Position numbers and translations under genes: made by a program
Shown here: positions 1-8,411 of the stretch, piece after piece
Position numbering within the stretch: the first letter of the stretch is position 1
How the letters are laid out: every line of letters begins with the position of its first letter
Source of the DNA: Dysgonamonadaceae bacterium
Lineage (GTDB): Bacteria; Bacteroidota; Bacteroidia; Bacteroidales; Azobacteroidaceae
Assembly: GCA_031270075.1 (NCBI GenBank)
Contig: JAISYG010000025.1
Span: 1 to 58,360 of the forward strand
Direction: 5' to 3'
DNA: 58,360 nt
Notes under the pieces: generated by a model
What the model was told of the DNA's origin: nothing
What the model saw: only the letters and a program-made list of their open reading frames with translations
Database searches by the model: none

Positions 1-23
1 TTGTTTAGGTATTAAATTGTTAA

Positions 24-72
24 TAAAAAAGCCCGTCCGGTTTTCTTCCCAACAGGAAAAAAACCGGACGGA
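24..72 (-). terminator. Intrinsic terminator-like hairpin in the leader of a gene lying left of the window
   Basis: Minus strand reads GTCCGTCCGGTTTTTTTCC-TGTTG-GGAAGAAAACCGGACGGGC followed by T7; only ~23 AT-rich nt remain to the window edge. Confidence 0.75.
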
Positions 73-329
73 CTTGTTGCTATTCCTTCCTTTGCTTCAA
101 GCGTTTGAAGCAGAGATAATACTATTTAACTTATTGATTTACAGCAATTCGACGGGGGGGGGATGACAGGAGCTTCATCCGGTTATCCGGCACAACGACG
201 AGGAGGTGTATCCCCCTGCCGGTATATCTATTTTCTGCGCTTCCGTCCATTCCCTTCTTGCGTTTCTTTTGTAAGTATTATTGTAAAACATTTTATATAT
301 TTCGCTGAATGCCAGCGAATTTTACGAGG

Positions 330-360
330 CAAAGATAAGCCTTCTTTTTATACTATCAAA
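330..360 (-). promoter_or_regulatory. Bacteroidetes sigma-70 promoter (-33/-7)
   Basis: TATCTTTG (plus-strand caaagata 330-337) with TTTG (caaa 357-360), 19-nt spacer; fits TTTG-N19-21-TAnnTTTG. Confidence 0.7.
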
Positions 361-442
361 ATTTATGTCAAAATATTCAGGGAAAACACCGGTTTGGGTC
401 GGGGCGCCCTTGTTTGCACCGGGATAACGCTACCGGTTACCT

Positions 443-1909
443 CTACAATCGCTTTGTAACCCGGTTTTTTGAGTTCCGAACCAACAAACACAAACCCGCA
501 AAAGTAAAAAAGGCATTTAATATTAACCGCTCGTGGCTGAACTGGTAGCCGTTGAACCATGCCTGCGAATGGATATCAAGAATAAAACATAAAACCGGTG
601 AAACGATGGCAACCCAGGGCACCCACCGGTCTTTCACCGCTTTTTTAGTAAACATGCCGAAAGCGAACATACCGAGCAACGGGCCGTAGGTGTAACTGGC
701 CACTCTATAAACCGTGTTGATAACGGAATCGTTGTTCAGTAGATTAATAACGAAAATAACCGCCGCCATCACGACCGCCATTCCGATATGCACTTTTTTA
801 CGGACAGTTGCCACCTGTTTTTCGGTTTGGGTCTTCGGGCTTTCCAGTATATCGACCGTAAAGGAAGTGGTGAGCGCCGTCAAAGCCGAACCTGCTGCGG
901 CGTAGGCAGCAGAAATCAAACCGACGATAAACAGTACGCCTACGACCGGCGAGAACTGCATGGCAAGGAACGGAAACACATCATCGCCCTTGTCCGGCAA
1001 CGCTATTTGCCTGTTGGCGGCGTATACGTAGAGCAAGACGCCCAGGGTGAGGAAAAGCAGGTTGATAAAGATTTGCAGGATACCGCCGGTAATCATATTC
1101 TTGCGTGCGTCGCGGAAGTTTTTGCAACTCAGGGTTTTTTGCATCATATCCTGGTCTAATCCTGTGGTGGCAATCATGGTGAATACACCGGCCAGGAACT
1201 GTTTCCAGAAATAGCGTTTGTCGTTTACATCGTCGGTGAAGAACGTTTTCGACATATCGGAATCGCCGATGAGCGACCACATGCTGCCGGCATCCAATCC
1301 CAGATTCTTACCGATATAATAAATGGTCAGTCCTACCGACACGATGAGGCAGAAGGTTTTAAGCGAATCGGTCCAAATCAGCGATTTCACCCCGCCGCGG
1401 AAGGTGTAAAGCCAGACAATCCCGACGGTGAACAGCACGTTGACCGTAAACGGCAAGTGCAAGGGGGCGAAAACCAGCAACTGCAACACGACGCAAACGA
1501 TAAACAGTCGCACGGAAGCGCCCAGCATCTTGGAGATAAAGAAGAACCAGGCGCCGGTTTTATACGATGAAATTCCGAAACGGTTTTCTAAGTATTCGTA
1601 GATCGATACCAAGTTCATCTTGTAGTATAACGGAATCAGGACGAAAGCAATAATCAACTGTCCGACAGCAAAGCCGAGCACCATTTGCAAGTACGAAAAG
1701 CCACTTGCGGCCACCATGCCGGGCACGGAAACAAAAGTAACGCCCGATATGGCGGCGCCAATGGTGGCAAAGGCGACAACATACCAGGGCGATTTGCGAT
1801 TGCCGGAAAAGAAGCCGGCGTTGTCGGCCTTCCGCCCGGTAAGATACGAAATGAAAAACAGTGCAACAAAGTAGATTGCGATGGTGATTAGGACTGAGAG
1901 TGGGGACAT
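443..1909 (-). CDS. Sodium:solute symporter (SSS) family; candidate amino-sugar/MurNAc importer
   Basis: 488 aa, many TM segments, SSS motifs (FFSGNRKSPW, SGVTFVSVPG, SIYEYLENRFG, GGVKSLIWTD); substrate inferred from adjacency to namZ. Confidence 0.9.
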   Translation of the reverse strand: MSPLSVLITIAIYFVALFFISYLTGRKADNAGFFSGNRKSPWYVVAFATIGAAISGVTFVSVPGMVAASGFSYLQMVLGFAVGQLIIAFVLIPLYYKMNLVSIYEYLENRFGISSYKTGAWFFFISKMLGASVRLFIVCVVLQLLVFAPLHLPFTVNVLFTVGIVWLYTFRGGVKSLIWTDSLKTFCLIVSVGLTIYYIGKNLGLDAGSMWSLIGDSDMSKTFFTDDVNDKRYFWKQFLAGVFTMIATTGLDQDMMQKTLSCKNFRDARKNMITGGILQIFINLLFLTLGVLLYVYAANRQIALPDKGDDVFPFLAMQFSPVVGVLFIVGLISAAYAAAGSALTALTTSFTVDILESPKTQTEKQVATVRKKVHIGMAVVMAAVIFVINLLNNDSVINTVYRVASYTYGPLLGMFAFGMFTKKAVKDRWVPWVAIVSPVLCFILDIHSQAWFNGYQFSHERLILNAFFTFAGLCLLVRNSKNRVTKRL

Positions 1910-1915
1910 AAATGG

Positions 1916-1946
1916 AATTAAAAATTAAAAATTAAGAATTAAGAGG
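1916..1946. repeat. Short heptamer tandem repeat (RAATTAA x4)
   Basis: GAATTAA AAATTAA AAATTAA GAATTAA just upstream of the symporter start codon. Confidence 0.55.
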
Positions 1947-1980
1947 GGATCGCTTTTGTCGTTCCGCGCTTGACAAGGTA

Positions 1981-3144
1981 TTATTCATCGTACAGCAAAT
2001 ACCCTTTGCGCTGTTGTTTGAATGTGAGGACATCGTTCCGCCACATTGCTTTGATTTCGTTGGCCGATCGGCCTTCTTTAATCATCTTGCGAACGTAATC
2101 GACGCCGATCAGGTTCTCGAAGAAGGAGCGGAAGAAATGGTCGTCCAAGTGCAGGTTCCTGTATGCGTCGATTAGATAGCTGAGGTCGATTCCTTTTTTC
2201 CAAACTTCTTCTTCCGAAAGCTTGCTTAAATCGACACCGTAGCAAAGTCGGTCTTTTTGAGGCGGTTCCTTGGCCGACGGCATACTGCGCGGAGTGAATG
2301 TGAAATCGTAACCCTTCATGTTCGGATGACCGTACACCTGGAAAGGCAGGGACGTTCCGCGACCCAGACTGACCGGCGTGGCCTCGAAATAACAAATGGA
2401 CGGATAGAGGTAAATCGAAAGCATATTCGGCAGGTTGGGCGAGGGCGACAAGGGCAGGCGACACATCGTTTGGTGCGTATAGTTCAGGCAGGGAATCACC
2501 GTCAGATCGCAGGTACGGCCTTCGGGCAACCATTTTTCGCCGTTGACCATTTGTGCAAGTTCACCCAGCGTCATGCCGTGAACCACCGGAATGGGCAGTC
2601 CGCCCACACCCGATTTGTATTTCATGTTGAGTATGGGGCCGTCTACATAATGTCCGTTGGGATTGGGGCGGTCTAAGAGTATCACTTTTTTGTGGGTTTC
2701 GGCACAGGCGTCCATCAACTTCACCATGGTAATATAATAGGTATAGAAGCGCAGGCCTACGTCCTGAATATCAATTATCAGGATATCGAACTTTTGCATG
2801 GATTCGGGAGTAGGTTTTCCGCCCTTCCCGTCGTAAAGCGAGAGGATGGGCACGCCTGTTTTCGGGTCGATGGAACTGGCAACGGGATCGCCCGCACCGG
2901 CGTCGCCCCGGAAACCGTGTTCCGGCGAGAAGATAGCGGTTACGTTTTGGCGGTTTTCAACCAGCACGTCGAGCAGGTGTTTATCGCCTACCGTTCCGGT
3001 ATGATTGGAAAACAACGCTATACACTTGCCTTTCAGCAGAGGGAAATAGTCGGCGGTTCGTTCTGCACCGACGATTACGGAAGGTTGCGCCCCAACAGAC
3101 GAGGCGCAACACAACCAGAGGGTTATCAATAAGAATTGTTTCAT
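1981..3144 (-). CDS. namZ: Exo-beta-N-acetylmuramidase NamZ (DUF1343/GH171), signal peptide
   Basis: Motifs FSPEHGFRG, DIQDVGLRFYTY, LDRPNPNG, HGMTLGELA, SPSPNLPN, SLGRGT; start moved to MKQFLL (ATG 3144), which gives a signal peptide and sits downstream of a promoter. Confidence 0.92.
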   Translation of the reverse strand: MKQFLLITLWLCCASSVGAQPSVIVGAERTADYFPLLKGKCIALFSNHTGTVGDKHLLDVLVENRQNVTAIFSPEHGFRGDAGAGDPVASSIDPKTGVPILSLYDGKGGKPTPESMQKFDILIIDIQDVGLRFYTYYITMVKLMDACAETHKKVILLDRPNPNGHYVDGPILNMKYKSGVGGLPIPVVHGMTLGELAQMVNGEKWLPEGRTCDLTVIPCLNYTHQTMCRLPLSPSPNLPNMLSIYLYPSICYFEATPVSLGRGTSLPFQVYGHPNMKGYDFTFTPRSMPSAKEPPQKDRLCYGVDLSKLSEEEVWKKGIDLSYLIDAYRNLHLDDHFFRSFFENLIGVDYVRKMIKEGRSANEIKAMWRNDVLTFKQQRKGYLLYDE

Positions 3145-3176
3145 TGAAGAGATAATCACAAATGTGTTTTTTGTTA

Positions 3177-3207
3177 CAAAAGTATAACTTAATTTTGAAT
3201 ACACAAA
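3177..3207 (-). promoter_or_regulatory. Internal Bacteroidetes promoter for namZ-symporter
   Basis: TACTTTTG (3184-3177) and TTTG (3207-3204), 19-nt spacer. Confidence 0.6.
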
Positions 3208-3227
3208 GGCCGTTGCGCCTAAACTTT

Positions 3228-5768
3228 TCATTTCAAGAGCACTTTCACATTCCGCTGCGCCGTTCCGGTCGCCACTTTCACGATATACACGCCTTGCGCC
3301 AAACCACCGGTTGGGATTTGATACGATGCCTGTCCGGGTCGGGCCGATTGCACCAATGCGCCGGTAATCGAATAGAGGCGGATGTCGTTGATGGCGCTGG
3401 AGGCGCTTACCGAAAGCTGTCCGGCCGAGGTCGAAACCGTAATATCGTCAGCAGGCTTCACCGAATGGATGGAGAGGAAATGGCCCAGTTGCACCAATTG
3501 CAGTTCATCCACCCAGAAGGTACCGGGCAAGAACGAAAGATACGGCGATGCGGCGCCCTTAACAACCAAAGCCGACAAAACCAGCACCTCGCCCGAAGGA
3601 ATTTCGTCCGTACCGCCAAGAATGACATGCTCATTAGGGTCGTTTGCAATGTCCCATGTAAATTTCTTCCAGCCTACCCAATCCATCACAATAGCCGAAT
3701 GCGCCCAGAAAGAGCCGGAGCCGCTCCTGTTTCGCAAAGCCACTTGGAAGCTTGTATGACTGCCGTCGCCAAAGAGATAAAACTGAATCTGATTGTTTTT
3801 CGAGAAATAGGGCGAAGAAGTGGACGTATTGTGCAACCGAATCAACCGGCTTGTAGAGGTTTCCAACCACCGGTAATCGAAGTGCAGACTGGCATTCACC
3901 ACCTTTTCATTCGCATCGATACTGGTTTTGGTTGCTTCCGCATCGATACCGGAAGTGGAGCCGGAAGCGCCGGGTTGCCACCAGGTACCCATCGTGTCGA
4001 AACTGTCCATCACCCGCACTACGGTTGTTGCACGCGGACGGGCGGTAAAAGCATATTGCAGCCCGCCGGCCAATGCATTGCCATAGGCGTCTTCGATACC
4101 GGAAGCCAGCGTTACCGTATACGTTTCGCCCGGATTCAGATCGGAGGCAAAGAAGTAATGCAGCACGCTTTTACCGTTTATGGCCGTATAGCGTTGCTGG
4201 CCGCCGACGGTTTCGCCGTTTTTATCCCTTACGGTAAGCTGATGGGTCGCAAGGCTCGATTCGTTCAGCGGCTCGCTAAATTCGATGCGAACAATCGGGC
4301 GAAGCGCTATTTCCTGGTCGCTGCCGTCCACCGGATCGAATGAAACGATTACCGGAGGCGTTACATCCTGTGTAGTCGTTCGGAATGCCACCACATAATC
4401 ACCGCCTTCCACACCGTTGTTGTCGCCATCCAGCCAATTACCGGTTTCCTCATTCCTGGCGATGCTTCCGTCAATCGTTAACGTATAATCGGTTTCAAAC
4501 ACTAATTGTGAGATATCGATTCGTAAAGTATAGTCGTCGTTCCATGCATACGATACGCTTGCGGCAGGCGAAAGGCTGATAGCCGATTCCACACTGGCGC
4601 GATCCATTTTCCGGCTGAAAGTGATGATAAGCGGCTCTTCCACCGACACATTCGTCAGGTTCTCCGGCTCCACGCTGCTTACCACAGCCGGCACCAACTT
4701 CAATAGCTGAACATCCAGCACACCCAAACCGGTTTGTGTGGTAGCGCCCAAAGCGGCCGGAATCGTCAATGACCTTTGCTGCGTTTCAAATCCCGCGGCT
4801 TCGACTTTTACATTCACCGTAGCGCCCAGTGTCAAGCCTTCGATAAAGTAAAACCCGTTGTGCAATTCATTCGGATTGGAAGAATAATTCTTGAACAGGC
4901 TTTCGTAAGTGTCCGTTGTATATTCTTTCGTTACACTCCCGTCCGTGATGCTTATCTTGGCGCCGTTGACCGGAACGCCGGTTTCCTTATCGGTGATAAA
5001 GCCGGTGGCAATGCCGATCTGCACCGGGTTCACCGCTGTCGTTCCGTACTTGGCCGACAGGAACTTCACGAGCGATTGATAGGCAGCATAGCCTTCCAGT
5101 CGCTTCCACTCGGCGTTCAGGTTGCGCGACTGCTGGGTGGGGTTGGTGTGAAATCCGGCTTCGCTCAACAGCGAGGCCATGTCCGACTCGCGGTTGACGT
5201 GCAGATAGGGATACCGGTTGGTATGGGTAGCTGCTCCGTCGTAATAGGTGCGGTCGGCCATATTGCCGCGCGTCGATACCCGCAATACACTCGTGAGGTT
5301 GGGCATAATGATTTCGCCGTAGGCTTTACCGCCGCTCGGGTTTTTTTCGTAGACTATACCGCTCACACGCCAGCCGCCATACATGAATAAGGTGGAATTG
5401 GTGGATGGATTGCTCGACGCATCGCTGTGTATCGAATAGAAGAAATCGGCGCCCCAGGCATTGGCCATATCCGTGCGTTGCGTCAACGATACCGATGCAT
5501 TGTCGTCTTCACGGCAGAGCTTGATATTGTTTGCCTGCATATCGGTATAGGTAAGCAGATATTCGCGGATGGCCTTCGCTACACGGAGTGTTTTCTCCGC
5601 TTCACTGTATTTATACAGTCCCTGGTTTTCCTTGCCGGAATGCCCCGGGTCGAGAAAAAGCTTGATATTGCTCATCCCCGTTACCGTGCCTTGCGCCGAA
5701 GCGCGGGGGAGGGAAACCACGAAGCAGACAAGCGACACAATGGTCAGAAGAAACCGTTTTGTTTGCAT
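3228..5768 (-). CDS. N-acetylmuramoyl-L-alanine amidase (Amidase_3) with Ig-like (Big_5) domains, CBM-like domain and T9SS C-terminal domain
   Basis: Zn-amidase motifs LDPGHSG..E, SIHSDA, SEAGFH; Ig-like repeats (ITFSRKMD, IEFSEPLN); tail LYSITGALV...GVYIVKV; signal peptide. Confidence 0.9.
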   Translation of the reverse strand: MQTKRFLLTIVSLVCFVVSLPRASAQGTVTGMSNIKLFLDPGHSGKENQGLYKYSEAEKTLRVAKAIREYLLTYTDMQANNIKLCREDDNASVSLTQRTDMANAWGADFFYSIHSDASSNPSTNSTLFMYGGWRVSGIVYEKNPSGGKAYGEIIMPNLTSVLRVSTRGNMADRTYYDGAATHTNRYPYLHVNRESDMASLLSEAGFHTNPTQQSRNLNAEWKRLEGYAAYQSLVKFLSAKYGTTAVNPVQIGIATGFITDKETGVPVNGAKISITDGSVTKEYTTDTYESLFKNYSSNPNELHNGFYFIEGLTLGATVNVKVEAAGFETQQRSLTIPAALGATTQTGLGVLDVQLLKLVPAVVSSVEPENLTNVSVEEPLIITFSRKMDRASVESAISLSPAASVSYAWNDDYTLRIDISQLVFETDYTLTIDGSIARNEETGNWLDGDNNGVEGGDYVVAFRTTTQDVTPPVIVSFDPVDGSDQEIALRPIVRIEFSEPLNESSLATHQLTVRDKNGETVGGQQRYTAINGKSVLHYFFASDLNPGETYTVTLASGIEDAYGNALAGGLQYAFTARPRATTVVRVMDSFDTMGTWWQPGASGSTSGIDAEATKTSIDANEKVVNASLHFDYRWLETSTSRLIRLHNTSTSSPYFSKNNQIQFYLFGDGSHTSFQVALRNRSGSGSFWAHSAIVMDWVGWKKFTWDIANDPNEHVILGGTDEIPSGEVLVLSALVVKGAASPYLSFLPGTFWVDELQLVQLGHFLSIHSVKPADDITVSTSAGQLSVSASSAINDIRLYSITGALVQSARPGQASYQIPTGGLAQGVYIVKVATGTAQRNVKVLLK

Positions 5769-5784
5769 AATCTTTCCTCCTTTC

Positions 5785-6495
5785 TTATTGAATATCCATT
5801 ATATAAATAGCGCCGTCGGTGTATTCTTCAAAAGCGATTTTCTTCCCGTCGGGCGATATCGCCGGACTGAGGGCGATGTATTTATCGGAAGATAAAAGAA
5901 CATCCCGCGCACCGCTGACTACGTCGATGCTCACCAGTTCGCCTTTGGTAATGACATGTCCGTCGTCTTCAATCATCATAACGACAAGGTATTTGCCGTC
6001 GGGCATCCACGCAGCGCGTTCGCCCGGGCCCAGGTTGCGGAGAGCCGAACCATCGGCACGACAGACGTACAAGCCCTTGCCGTTGCTTGCCTGAAAGACG
6101 ATTTTATCGCCTGCAGGCGACAAGACCGGATTGAACACCATGCTTCCGCTCAGCGACTGCAATGCTTCGACTTTTTCGGCCACACCGGCCGGGTCGTCCG
6201 TCATTTGCCGCACAAGGACATTGGCGCTGTTGGCCGCCAAGGTTTTCAGTAGATTACCTGCACCGGCTTCGGCCGATACTTGCCTCCGTTGGGCGTTGTG
6301 GACTGATACTTCCCACAGCCCCTTGTTTTTTAGCGAGGTGAGGAATAACTTCGAACCATCGGCCGACCAGACCGGACGCCGCAAGGGTTCGTTCATTTTT
6401 GCAATTACCCGCGGTTCGCCGACCGCTTTCGGCTGGGCGTATAAACCTGTACCGAAAAGGAGTAAGAGCGAAAGCGTAACGATTTGCTGTTTCAT
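5785..6495 (-). CDS. TolB-like/PD40 beta-propeller protein, signal peptide, no T9SS tail (partner of amidase 1)
   Basis: Repeats PVWSADGSKL, PVLSPAGDKIVF, AWMPDGKYL, PAISPDGKKIAF. Confidence 0.85.
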   Translation of the reverse strand: MKQQIVTLSLLLLFGTGLYAQPKAVGEPRVIAKMNEPLRRPVWSADGSKLFLTSLKNKGLWEVSVHNAQRRQVSAEAGAGNLLKTLAANSANVLVRQMTDDPAGVAEKVEALQSLSGSMVFNPVLSPAGDKIVFQASNGKGLYVCRADGSALRNLGPGERAAWMPDGKYLVVMMIEDDGHVITKGELVSIDVVSGARDVLLSSDKYIALSPAISPDGKKIAFEEYTDGAIYIMDIQ

Positions 6496-6648
6496 ATGTA
6501 ATAAAAATCAGGGAATTTATTTGATTGATTCGTATACAATTTCCGGTTGTGCTGCTCACAACCTGCTCGTACGATCGACCCGCGCGGAGCGCTTCGAATG
6601 GGTGATTGTCCGTTCAAAAGTAACCTCTCCGACCGGAGAAACCCGATC

Positions 6649-6685
6649 TCTTCGGGCGGAGAGGAGTTGCCTCTCCGCCTGAAGA
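6649..6685. terminator. Strong intergenic stem-loop (terminator or mRNA-stabilising) after the susC/D-lipoprotein block
   Basis: TCTTCGGGCGGAGAGG-AGTTG-CCTCTCCGCCTGAAGA; no clear U-tract on the minus strand. Confidence 0.55.
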
Positions 6686-6703
6686 AATAGGTGTTACGCC
6701 TGT

Positions 6704-8374
6704 TTATTGCCTGTTGATAGGAAATTCTATCAAAGCAAAACCGGCGTGGGGCGCTGCGGTAAAGACTACCAGCTTGTTGTCTACCACCGCCCAGGCAGTA
6801 TTGGCCGAGGGCGCTGTCGAAAGTGCGGCATCCATGACAAACGTATAGACCGGCTCGGGATGGTTTTCCCGGAATGTTACCAGCGACGACACGAGGTCGA
6901 ATCCTTCCGTAATGTCGTAGATAAACAGCGTGGAGGCAGGTTTATAAGCATAGCGTTTACCGGAGGTCATCAGCAGGTAACGTCCTTTGTTGTACTCGGC
7001 TATGTGAACGTCGGTTCCGGCCAGGGCATCGACTCCGCCTTCGTTTACAACCATTTCCACTTCGTAGAGTTGGGCGCCGTCTTTATCCAGCAGTTGAAGC
7101 ATCGACGTGGTGGTGCTCGAAACGATGTAGCTGCCGCTATTGCCTACCCGGTTGTAGTTCGCATAGTACGAGAAATTGACCGTCGGATTGATTTCGAACG
7201 GATTGCTGAATGTGGTGAAGTTGGTAACGTCGAAACGGAGAATCTTGTCGCCGGGATCCTGACGGATGAAATAGACGTATCCGTTACCGTTTTCATCGAG
7301 ATTGACCGAGAGATTATCGCCGAAACGGGTAATGGTATTGTCGTGATCCAAAACAAGTTGCGGCTCGGAATCCGGCGCATCGTAGTAATACACCCGCAAT
7401 TTTTGTCCTGCCTGAGCAAGGTTGCAGAGGTACACATGCCCGTGCGACAGCTGGCCGGACGAAATGGCAAAAGTTTCGACACCCGCCTGCGGCACCGTAT
7501 GATCGGTTTTCAACAGGATGGGGTTAGCAACGTTATTTGCCAGCAGATCCGACACGCGGAACAATTTGGGGGCGTCGCGGTAGACAATCAGTACATGTTC
7601 ACCGTCGAAGTCGGCGCTGCGGGTCATCTCGGCGGCAAAGTCGGGATAGAGTGTGGCATTGACCGAAAAATCGTGCACCACCGGAGCGCTGAAGTTGATG
7701 CCGGCGGCCGGCGCCCGTTCGAAAGAAAGGGTGTATTCAACACTCAGTCCGAGGAAATCCAGACGGAGCGTTCCGGGATTGCTTTTGCTCAACTTGTTGT
7801 TCGTAAGGTTGCTGAATGTATATTCCGCACGCTTTGGCACCGTGAGCAGGCTGCTTACCGTTACTTCGTCCTCGTTGGGCGTGTTGAGGTAAATAGCATT
7901 GTCTTCCAGGTCGATAACAGCGGCTACCACAGTACCTGCGGCCGTTATTATTTCCATCTTGCTGAGCACCGGCGCCGACTGTGGGGCTGCCAAATGAATC
8001 GTAACCGTATAGTTGGCTACGTTTTCCACATTGGTTACCGTAATCGTCTTTGTCAGTGTGGTGGCGTCGGGGTCGTTGCCTTCCAGGAAGTTGTAGGCTT
8101 CGGCATCTAAGTGTGCGCCTAAAGAAATTTTACCGGAAAGCTTCACATTGGCCACATCCGATTCGGCAGCTACATTGTTGAATGTAACTGTTTTTGCCGC
8201 TTCATCTACTGTTCCGTTGTAACGTCCTCCACCCGACAAATCGCCATTGGTAATTTGCAGGTTGTAAATAAAGGTTTCTCCCGAAGGGTTTTCCACAAAC
8301 GGGTCGTCCTTGCAGGCGGCAAGCGCCAGCAATGCAAGGAAAAGCCAACTTTTATAATATCTTAATATCTTCAT
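6704..8374 (-). CDS. Surface lipoprotein downstream of SusD (DUF4623-like, probable beta-propeller)
   Basis: Lipobox LAAC-KDD with acidic export signal; PUL position; start placed at MKILRYY (upstream ATGs up to 8407 possible). Confidence 0.75.
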   Translation of the reverse strand: MKILRYYKSWLFLALLALAACKDDPFVENPSGETFIYNLQITNGDLSGGGRYNGTVDEAAKTVTFNNVAAESDVANVKLSGKISLGAHLDAEAYNFLEGNDPDATTLTKTITVTNVENVANYTVTIHLAAPQSAPVLSKMEIITAAGTVVAAVIDLEDNAIYLNTPNEDEVTVSSLLTVPKRAEYTFSNLTNNKLSKSNPGTLRLDFLGLSVEYTLSFERAPAAGINFSAPVVHDFSVNATLYPDFAAEMTRSADFDGEHVLIVYRDAPKLFRVSDLLANNVANPILLKTDHTVPQAGVETFAISSGQLSHGHVYLCNLAQAGQKLRVYYYDAPDSEPQLVLDHDNTITRFGDNLSVNLDENGNGYVYFIRQDPGDKILRFDVTNFTTFSNPFEINPTVNFSYYANYNRVGNSGSYIVSSTTTSMLQLLDKDGAQLYEVEMVVNEGGVDALAGTDVHIAEYNKGRYLLMTSGKRYAYKPASTLFIYDITEGFDLVSSLVTFRENHPEPVYTFVMDAALSTAPSANTAWAVVDNKLVVFTAAPHAGFALIEFPINRQ

Positions 8375-8411
8375 ATTAACTTTCATTTTTAATTTTTCAT
8401 TCTTCATTTAT

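Noticed and set aside
1-330. Known riboswitch (TPP, cobalamin, SAM) or tRNA
   Set aside because: Diagnostic conserved cores were not found by eye; kept only as an unidentified structured leader
5785-6495. True tolB of the Tol-Pal system
   Set aside because: Too short, lacks the TolB N-terminal domain, and no pal/tolQRA nearby
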